NCBI GenBank assembly: GCA_043753995.1
Contig: JAYUVP010000124.1
Span: 1 to 35,541 of the forward strand
DNA: 35,541 nt
DNA from: Fibrobacterota bacterium
GTDB taxonomy: Bacteria > Fibrobacterota > Fibrobacteria > UBA11236
Reading direction: 5' to 3'
Part shown: positions 28,647 through 35,541 of the stretch, piece by piece
Layout: the number at the start of each line of letters is the position of its first letter
Position numbering within the stretch: the stretch's first letter is position 1
The notes under the pieces: model-generated
Seen by the model: the letters and a program-made list of their open reading frames with translations, nothing else
Told to the model about the DNA's origin: nothing
Database searches by the model: none
Position numbers and translations under genes: made by a program

Positions 28647-31600
28647 TCAAAACTGTCGTGCATAACTCAGTTCTAATCTCAGCGATTCTTGATATCTCTC
28701 CACGGTGTGATATCTTTGAACATTGCCAAAGACCTCATCCAATTTGGCCTTAGGAATTGCCTGATAAGTTTTCTCGTCATTGGATTCACGCGCCCGAATT
28801 TCCTTGGTCGCCATGAGCCAGTTCTTAACCTTGACATTCAGTTCATTGCGTGACAACCAAGTGAACCGATGTATCGACTCTAAACTTGGAAATGGGGTCT
28901 CCGTAAAATCCGGAACCCCCTCCGCACCCAGAAATCGGATTCTTTCTCCCGCCATATTGAAGAGAATGGCATTAAAAACACCCCATTTCCGGAATTCCAA
29001 TTCATGCGAAACCGTACCATTGATTAAATAGGGCGCCTGCCCCACCAAGGGGCGATTGAAGGAGGTATTCTCCTGTTCCGTGAGGCTATCCCTTACCAGC
29101 TTCACTTCGGATTCCATGGCGGCATAATTCCCACTGAATCGGAGCCCATCAAGCCAGGGAGCCTGAATTCCAGCGCTTTCGAGTAAGCGTCTAGGCTCCA
29201 GTTGAAATTCAAATTCGAAGCCGCTAACAAAGGCACCGGAGGCGTTTTGAAAAGTCTCTTTCTTGCCGGCTTGAATGACGGGCTCCACGGGATTATTGAA
29301 ATCTTTATAAAAAAGGGAAAAAGAAAAAGACTGGAGATAAGGGAGGAACCAATCCACTCTCAAGTCATAATGAGTCACCGTGGTTTTTCTCAAATCGGGA
29401 TTTCCTTGAACGGTACGTGATGTCACGAAATCAACGTATTGATAAGGCGCGATTTCCCGGAGCTCGGGTCGCACGGCCGTCCATGCCGTCTGCAAACGCA
29501 GTTTCAGGGATTCAAGCGGCTGGAACCATGCGCCCACTGTTGGAAACTGGCTCCATTCGGTGACCTTGACTGCGATGTCTTCATAGTTTTCCTGCTCACC
29601 CGTATAGGGTGCGCTTAGTTGGAGCGAATACCATTCCAACCTCCAGCCACCATCCATACCGAATGGCATACCCCAAAGCCGGGCCGAGTTGGCGCCGGAC
29701 AGGTAAGCCGCCGCCTGAATTTCAGTGGCATTGTAAGTGTCATAGTCCTTGGGCGAGGTGGCAAAATCGGAATAACCGGTCAGGATGTCTTGTTCTAATA
29801 ATTTCGGATCGCGAACCTCTTCGACGGTCATATTTTCAAAAGAATTGCGATCTTTGTCATAGGAATAGCGAGTCGCATCGAAATCTCGGCTTTTGGCATT
29901 AAAAGCCAAACCCGATCCAAAGGTTGGCAGAGCCAGATGCGAAAAAATCGCATCCTCCAGGAAAAAAGTATCTCTCTCCGAAATTTCAGGAGGGATAACC
30001 AAAAAGGCATCGGCTCGGCCAGCAAAGGCATTTTCCTTTAGGTTTTCAAAAACGCGCGTCCCCCAAATGTCATTGTTCGCGAAATTCAAAGGCTGGTCAG
30101 GCGAAAGGACATTTTGAGTGTACTGATAGCGCCGACTATCGGGAGTCTCAGCCGTGATGGAAGACATACCGGCGGCCCAGGCGATGGAATCTATAATGCT
30201 TTTTCCAAGATAGGCCTCTCCTCCCACTTGGCTATTGATGAGGCTGCGGCGATTGAAATCAAGCAAATACCTTTCCTCATAAACCTTGTCTTGGGAAATG
30301 CCTCCCGCTCCTAAGGAATAACTCCGTGTTACCAACGCCTTATCGGTGCCGGTATTGATGAGGAAATTCTTCCACCAAACCGCCCAATCTTCATTCTCAT
30401 ACCGCATATTCAACATGCCATTCAATTGGGCATCATAAGTTCCTTGGTCGGTATGCGAAACCGTACCATCCTGCAATACACGGACCTTTTCCAAACGCTT
30501 TCCCGTGTCGGTCTGAACAGTGTCCACCAAGACCTTACTGGTGATGATTTCCTTTTTCAGAATGGGATGGAAAACCGTGTCTTTCACATAAGCCAGCCCT
30601 AAGCCGACTTGTTGCCTTTCGGTTAGGAATTGATCGTATTTGTTTTTAAATCCAGCATGAAATAGATAGCCGAATTTACCTTGATTGAAGCCAGGATAAA
30701 CATTTCCCGCCGAAATGGAAAATTGAATGGGAGGCCTAACCCTGGCCGTGTCGATGCTGTAAATATTCGGCAAGGCACTCGAGAAGGCGGCGCGTTCCTC
30801 GGGGGTATAACCGGGTTCACCCTTTTGTTTGGCGATTTCGGCCTGAGCCGCGGAAAAGCCTTTAGGTATAACTCCGGGAAAACCATTGGGCAGGGATCGC
30901 GTTCCATCATCGAATCCCCAATAGGTATTTCCACCATTATAGGTCAATTTGCGGTTTCCATTGCCCCATCCGCCGCCAAGAGGCGTCGCGCCACGGCCAT
31001 TCATTACTGAGATGGCGCTATAATTTTCCAAGTAATCACTGGAATCCATCGGCGAATCATAGTGGTTTCCGGTTGTGAGGCTCACTTTGAAAAAGGCCTT
31101 GTCGGGTATGCTCTTCGTCACTAATGCAACGGAACCACCAGCAAAATCAGAATACAAATCGGGCATGAAGGTCTTATAAATCGAAAAGCTTTCGAGAGCG
31201 CCCGCCGGAAAAAGGTCCTGAGGGACCACGCGCTTGTCTTTTTCAGGAGAAGGAAGAGGCAAACCATTTAGGGTCATATTGGTATAACGTTCGCCCAAGC
31301 CGCGCACATAGACGTATTTACCGCCTATCAAAGAAGTTCCGGTGAGCCGTTTGGCCACGGCGCCCGCATCGGAGTCAGTGGATTTTGCAATTTGCTCAGC
31401 GGAAACACCTTCCATCACTCCCGCCGTCTTTTGTCGCTTGCTCACGAGGTCCTGAGAACTGCCCGAACGCCTTTCGCTGCGCGCCTGAATGACTTGGCCT
31501 TTTAAAGTCCTTCGCTCAAGCATGAATTCTTTCGTTGTCACCTCGTCAGATGCCACAACAAAATTGGAGTCTTCAAAGGTTTCAAATCCTTTGCGAAAAA

Positions 31601-32063
31601 GGACTAGGCGCCAGTTCCCGGACGGAACATTTTCCAATTCAAAGAGCCCGTCTGAATTGGTCTGAGCGGAAAGCCTTTGGTTTTCGCGACCTATTTGCAC
31701 CATGACGCCTTCAATGGGTTGGCCATTGTCGGCAGAGAGAATCAATCCCTTGAATCCAGAGATGTTGGCCAAAGGGGTCTTTTGAATCAGTGGAGGAATG
31801 GAGTCGGCAATTTTGGACTGGTTTTGATTGGAAACACGTGATGAATCTGTTACGGAATCCTTCGGCTCGCCCGCCGAAATTTGCGCAGAATCCAGAATCA
31901 ATGAGTCCAGGTCACGGACGGCAATATCCGATTTCCATTTGGTTTGGGATGGAATGGCCCCTTGAGCGATTGTGGGGGTTTGGCCCAATATCAAAACAAA
32001 AACAGAAAACAAAAACAGGATGTTGGTGCACGAAGGACGCATAAGCGAAGAATAAAAACCCAT
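28647..32063 (-). CDS. TonB-dependent outer-membrane receptor with N-terminal carboxypeptidase-regulatory-like domain
   Basis: GQPIEGVMV...TNSDGLFEL; plug GVSAEQIAKSTDSDAG...YVYVRGLGERYTNMTLNG; GNPDL, YKDFNNPVE and GQAPYLIN; C-terminal Phe. The start is uncertain (32063 or 32042). Confidence 0.92.
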   Translation of the reverse strand: MGFYSSLMRPSCTNILFLFSVFVLILGQTPTIAQGAIPSQTKWKSDIAVRDLDSLILDSAQISAGEPKDSVTDSSRVSNQNQSKIADSIPPLIQKTPLANISGFKGLILSADNGQPIEGVMVQIGRENQRLSAQTNSDGLFELENVPSGNWRLVLFRKGFETFEDSNFVVASDEVTTKEFMLERRTLKGQVIQARSERRSGSSQDLVSKRQKTAGVMEGVSAEQIAKSTDSDAGAVAKRLTGTSLIGGKYVYVRGLGERYTNMTLNGLPLPSPEKDKRVVPQDLFPAGALESFSIYKTFMPDLYSDFAGGSVALVTKSIPDKAFFKVSLTTGNHYDSPMDSSDYLENYSAISVMNGRGATPLGGGWGNGNRKLTYNGGNTYWGFDDGTRSLPNGFPGVIPKGFSAAQAEIAKQKGEPGYTPEERAAFSSALPNIYSIDTARVRPPIQFSISAGNVYPGFNQGKFGYLFHAGFKNKYDQFLTERQQVGLGLAYVKDTVFHPILKKEIITSKVLVDTVQTDTGKRLEKVRVLQDGTVSHTDQGTYDAQLNGMLNMRYENEDWAVWWKNFLINTGTDKALVTRSYSLGAGGISQDKVYEERYLLDFNRRSLINSQVGGEAYLGKSIIDSIAWAAGMSSITAETPDSRRYQYTQNVLSPDQPLNFANNDIWGTRVFENLKENAFAGRADAFLVIPPEISERDTFFLEDAIFSHLALPTFGSGLAFNAKSRDFDATRYSYDKDRNSFENMTVEEVRDPKLLEQDILTGYSDFATSPKDYDTYNATEIQAAAYLSGANSARLWGMPFGMDGGWRLEWYSLQLSAPYTGEQENYEDIAVKVTEWSQFPTVGAWFQPLESLKLRLQTAWTAVRPELREIAPYQYVDFVTSRTVQGNPDLRKTTVTHYDLRVDWFLPYLQSFSFSLFYKDFNNPVEPVIQAGKKETFQNASGAFVSGFEFEFQLEPRRLLESAGIQAPWLDGLRFSGNYAAMESEVKLVRDSLTEQENTSFNRPLVGQAPYLINGTVSHELEFRKWGVFNAILFNMAGERIRFLGAEGVPDFTETPFPSLESIHRFTWLSRNELNVKVKNWLMATKEIRARESNDEKTYQAIPKAKLDEVFGNVQRYHTVERYQESLRLELSYARQF

Positions 32064-32153
32064 GATTTCAGGTGAATGAATGAGTGCCCTTAGCAGCCCA
32101 TTGTTACGATTCGAAACGACTCGCACACGCGAATGAAACAAATGTTTCGATTC

Positions 32154-32185
32154 AAAAAGACCGGAGAACCCGAAGGTCTCCGGTC
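32154..32185 (-). terminator. Rho-independent terminator between the first beta-helix gene and the TonB-dependent receptor
   Basis: Minus strand gaccggaga-cc-TTCG-gg-t-tctccggtc followed by TTTTT. Confidence 0.85.
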
Positions 32186-32216
32186 AGGAAAAATCAACCC
32201 ATAATCGAAGGCACGA

Positions 32217-33917
32217 TTATTGGAAGGTCGTCCAATAGAAGGTCTCTTCGAGGACGCGACCATCGTTCAAAACCATACGCAAACGCAAATTGTGCGTGCC
32301 AGCGGATCCAAAAACGGCACCATTCTGAGCATTCACACGATAAACGCGCTCGCTGCCAACAACGGTGACTGCAGGCCAAACGCCGGTACGGAAAAGCGTT
32401 GAGACATCGGCGCCATCAAGGAAGGCGGTCGATGCGGGAATGTTCAAGGCGACATTGACACCTTGGGTGATCACGAAATCCCAAGCGGCGGGACGATACA
32501 AACGGGCAGGTGCAAAGCTCGAACCGGCGCCAGGTTGAATCGTGAGGAGTTTCTTGGTGAGACCCATTTGCGACATGGCGGTCCAACCATTCATCCAGTT
32601 TTCCGTTCCGAAAGCACCGGCATAGGTCACATTGTCAAAGAAAGCATCATTCATTTGATAGTGAGGGGTGGTAAAGGCGAGACCGGCAGGAGCAGGACGG
32701 GGATCAACGGTATTGCGGAGATAGCCCACGCCCATAAGTGCAGGATCGCCATAGACATTCTTAGCCGCCATGGAATCAGCACCCCAGCCGCCAACCATAA
32801 TGCTAGCGAAGGATCCAGTCCAAGCGCCGATATTATTGAAAATGCTGCCTTCGAAATTCAAGCTATCGCGACCCAATTGGCATACGGCGACATCGCAAGC
32901 AAGAGAGGCTTGTCTTTCAAAACGACCACCATTCAAACGCCAGTCCTTGACGATAAAATTCTTGAAATCGCCGGCGGTGCCGTCGCGAAGACGGAAGCCG
33001 ATATCATTGGCAGTGCTGAGGGTCTGGGGATTGCCGCTGCCGATAAGGGTCAAATTCGACCACATTGGCTTCGAGAACTTGGTGGTGTCAGTGGTACCGG
33101 TGGCAGGAACGGAATAACCGTCGCCTTCGATACCTTGATTACCGCTCGCGTCCAAATTGCCATGATGATAAATGGAAAAGCCGTATTGCAACTTACCACG
33201 ATAGCCGAAGTCAAAGTCAAAGCCATCGTCATTGCCATAAGCCGAAACTAAATACTTGGCATTGACCGTGCCGCCGAACCATTCAAAGCCATCGTCATTA
33301 TTGGCGAAGACTTCGACGTGGTCGATGACGGTTTTGCTACCAACGCCGCCCATGGTGAGGCCGTTGAGTTCATTGGCAGCCTGGATGATTTTACCGCCAT
33401 GGCGAATGGACACGTATTGGAATACACCCGAGCTGTCATCGGAAACCGTGCCGCCATATTCAGCGCGAGGTTCAGACGTGACGCCTTCAACGAAAGCCGT
33501 GCCTTCGGAAATAGGCGCATTGCCGAGAATCAGCACGCCGCCCCAAAAGCCGCGATCAAATGGGCCCATGTCAGTGGGATCGTTCTCATTGTCCACCATG
33601 GCGGTGAACAAAATTGGCTGGGCCGCAGTACCCAAGGCCTGAATTTTTCCCCATTTGGTGATGATAAGAGCTGAAGCATTGATGCTATCGCCTGGCATGC
33701 CCTTGATGACCGTGCCTGATTCAATTCGCAGTTCTTGGGGTGTACCAGCGTCTTGGCCCACGAAAACGCGGCCAGCCAGGTGATAAACCGTATCGCGATC
33801 GAGCTGGGTCACGCCGGTGGCGTTCAATGCTGCTTGGTTGAAGGTCTTGATCGGCTTCTGTGCGAAAGCGCTAGCTCCCGCGAGAAGTCCGCAAGCCATG
33901 TATTTGGCGGATTTCAT
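32217..33917 (-). CDS. Secreted Asp-rich beta-helix protein, paralog of the N-terminal domain of 25320..28505
   Basis: RBS aaggaga before MKSAKYM; signal peptide ending AFA-Q; WGGVLILGNA, DDSSGVFQYVSI, ELNGLTMGGVG, NDDGFEWFGG and DDGFDFDFG; a C-terminal region of about 110 aa that I do not recognise. Confidence 0.85.
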   Translation of the reverse strand: MKSAKYMACGLLAGASAFAQKPIKTFNQAALNATGVTQLDRDTVYHLAGRVFVGQDAGTPQELRIESGTVIKGMPGDSINASALIITKWGKIQALGTAAQPILFTAMVDNENDPTDMGPFDRGFWGGVLILGNAPISEGTAFVEGVTSEPRAEYGGTVSDDSSGVFQYVSIRHGGKIIQAANELNGLTMGGVGSKTVIDHVEVFANNDDGFEWFGGTVNAKYLVSAYGNDDGFDFDFGYRGKLQYGFSIYHHGNLDASGNQGIEGDGYSVPATGTTDTTKFSKPMWSNLTLIGSGNPQTLSTANDIGFRLRDGTAGDFKNFIVKDWRLNGGRFERQASLACDVAVCQLGRDSLNFEGSIFNNIGAWTGSFASIMVGGWGADSMAAKNVYGDPALMGVGYLRNTVDPRPAPAGLAFTTPHYQMNDAFFDNVTYAGAFGTENWMNGWTAMSQMGLTKKLLTIQPGAGSSFAPARLYRPAAWDFVITQGVNVALNIPASTAFLDGADVSTLFRTGVWPAVTVVGSERVYRVNAQNGAVFGSAGTHNLRLRMVLNDGRVLEETFYWTTFQ

Positions 33918-34461
33918 AGTGTCTCCTTGAAGTGCTTCGGTTCTTTTCCTAGCACGGAGGGGAATAGAACCTTTGCGATGTTTCAAGCGAGTTGTGATTA
34001 TGTGCGGAATATGATGGGATTCAGTGACAGGAGGCCCGAACAAAAAAAATCCAATCGAAAATAATATTCACTGTCACCCTTCATCAAAGAAATCAAGGTT
34101 CGGACGATTTCAGAATCAATGTCCGGACCCTAAGTCTCCCGTTAAAGCACCTCCACTTTTTTCACCTCAACTGCCGCAGGAAAAATGGGTAAGGTGAATC
34201 GGAATGGGATTGAAACAACATTGGAATCCAAAAATGCTCGGCTGCTGAAATTTTTCGCGAGCGGGAAAAAGGTTGTACTTCCTATTCTGAAAAGCCGGAT
34301 CAAGCGTCAATCAAATGAAATTCGTTTGCAATACACCCTTTACTTGATCGGTTCGTTGGACTGCATTTGGTAACTAACAGAGCACTTTGTTTGCATTAGA
34401 AACAATAATGCAATTGGCTTGAAGGATCACAAGTGAAAGGACGATCCTACGTTTGTGCCCG

Positions 34462-35541
34462 ATGATAAAGGCTGTGGATAACGTGAAAATACAGGGAATT
34501 GGGAAGCCCGTAGGATGGAGACCAGAATGGGAGGACGCAGTCGAGCGTGTCATTGGGGTATGCCTTGCTTCAGCTTTGGCTCCGCTAGCCCTAATTCTCT
34601 TGACACCCTTATACCTGCTTTACTTAGTGACCGTTCGGGACGGGGCTGGATTTTTTTATCGGGGTCGACGCCTCGGTAAAGGCAAAAAAGATTTCATCAT
34701 TTACAAAGTTCGATCTTTGAAATCGGGCGCAGAATCACGCCTCAAATCAAAATTGCATGTTTCCGGATCTTCGGAAGAGCTCTGGTACGGTAATTTTATC
34801 CGCAGAACCCGTCTCGACGAAATCCCGCAACTTTACAATGTATTCAGGGGGGACATGGACTTCGTAGGACCTAGGCCTGAGCGCCGAGAGGTATACGAGG
34901 CAAGTTTGAGATTTATGCCTGAATACGATTTGCGTTTCCTGGTGAAACCCGGGCTAACGGGGCTATCCCAACTCATCACACCGCATTCCACTCCTAAGCG
35001 GATTCGCGCCGCCATCGATAACCGATTTTTCGTACGCCAGCGCAATGTCATGCTGAAATATCTGGTTTTCATGCACACCATTCAGGTGTTCGCATGGAAA
35101 ATCACCTACGAAGGACTTAAAAAAATCACCAGCCCCGTCCGATTCCTTTTATTTCCCAAGTCGAGAAAATGTCGTCGATCAAAACGGCGATATTTTCCAA
35201 AAGACGTGTATTGCAGCATCAATATCCTCATGGATATAGAGCCTGAGTTGCAAAATATTTTTTCAGATATCCTTACCAATGAATTCCGCGTTAAAAACGT
35301 GAGTAAGACCGAAGTCCTGGTGGAAGCGAAAAAGGAGGCGGTAGGCGCCCTTCACCGGTGTATCGAATGGAATACCAGTAGGCGATATCGTGAGGAAGGG
35401 AATATTGACTTAAAGCTCCAAATGAACCGCAGAAAAGGCGTGAAATCTAAAATCGTGAATTGCTCAGGACGTATCGTCATGATGCGCAAGTCCAAAGGGA
35501 AGGCCAACCAACAAATTCTGCTTAGCTACAAAGCGAAATCC
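34462..35541 (+). CDS. Sugar transferase (monotopic phosphoglycosyl transferase, Bac_transf family) with PilZ-like C-terminal extension, 3'-truncated
   Basis: Absent from the ORF track because there is no stop before the edge. Manual translation from ATG 34462 gives a hydrophobic helix, RLGKGKKDFIIYKVRSL, RRTRLDEIPQLYNVFRGDMDFVGPRPE and KPGLTGLSQ, then RRSKRR...KNVSKTEVLV. Confidence 0.88.
   Translation, partial: MIKAVDNVKIQGIGKPVGWRPEWEDAVERVIGVCLASALAPLALILLTPLYLLYLVTVRDGAGFFYRGRRLGKGKKDFIIYKVRSLKSGAESRLKSKLHVSGSSEELWYGNFIRRTRLDEIPQLYNVFRGDMDFVGPRPERREVYEASLRFMPEYDLRFLVKPGLTGLSQLITPHSTPKRIRAAIDNRFFVRQRNVMLKYLVFMHTIQVFAWKITYEGLKKITSPVRFLLFPKSRKCRRSKRRYFPKDVYCSINILMDIEPELQNIFSDILTNEFRVKNVSKTEVLVEAKKEAVGALHRCIEWNTSRRYREEGNIDLKLQMNRRKGVKSKIVNCSGRIVMMRKSKGKANQQILLSYKAKS

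Noticed and set aside
28647..33917. SusC/SusD polysaccharide utilisation locus
   Set aside because: The partners are beta-helix proteins rather than TPR-containing SusD lipoproteins, and the only recognisable enzyme in the unit is a PhoX phosphatase.
34380..34395. Sigma54-like promoter (gagcac-N5-ttgca) upstream of the sugar transferase
   Set aside because: The invariant GG of the -24 element is absent (AG instead).
34833..35081. 82-aa minus-strand ORF in the track
   Set aside because: It is antisense to the real plus-strand sugar transferase, which is open from 34462 to the window edge.

Overview
Bacterial chromosomal window, most consistent with Fibrobacterota (TIGR02147-family regulator, several secreted enzymes with T9SS-like C-terminal domains); the lineage is an inference. 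Left to right: the 3' part of a PAL/TAL-type aromatic amino acid ammonia-lyase directly followed by a phenolic acid decarboxylase (padC); a degraded AT-rich stretch; a secreted GH78 rhamnosidase-like enzyme; an ECF42 sigma factor/DGPF/SRPBCC operon with an ECF42-type promoter and the scar of a deleted DGPF gene; a convergent ArsR-SRPBCC-DoxX-DUF4256 operon; three SGNH-fold esterases; a TIGR02147-lipoprotein-outer membrane protein module; an OMP gene bracketed by identical 21-bp hairpin repeats; an lptD-maf-rodZ-small membrane protein-hisB operon; a CgeB-type glycosyltransferase; an ~11 kb putative organophosphate-scavenging locus (two paralogous Asp-rich beta-helix proteins flanking a TonB-dependent receptor, then a hypothetical gene and a PhoX-family phosphatase); and, missing from the ORF track and running off the right edge, a phosphoglycosyl transferase with a PilZ-like C-terminal extension. 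I saw no rRNA, tRNA, CRISPR array or transposase. The strongest novelty candidates are the ammonia-lyase + PadC pair (possible tyrosine to 4-vinylphenol route), the phosphate-scavenging locus and the PGT-PilZ-like fusion. All family calls come from motif recognition by eye, not database searches.
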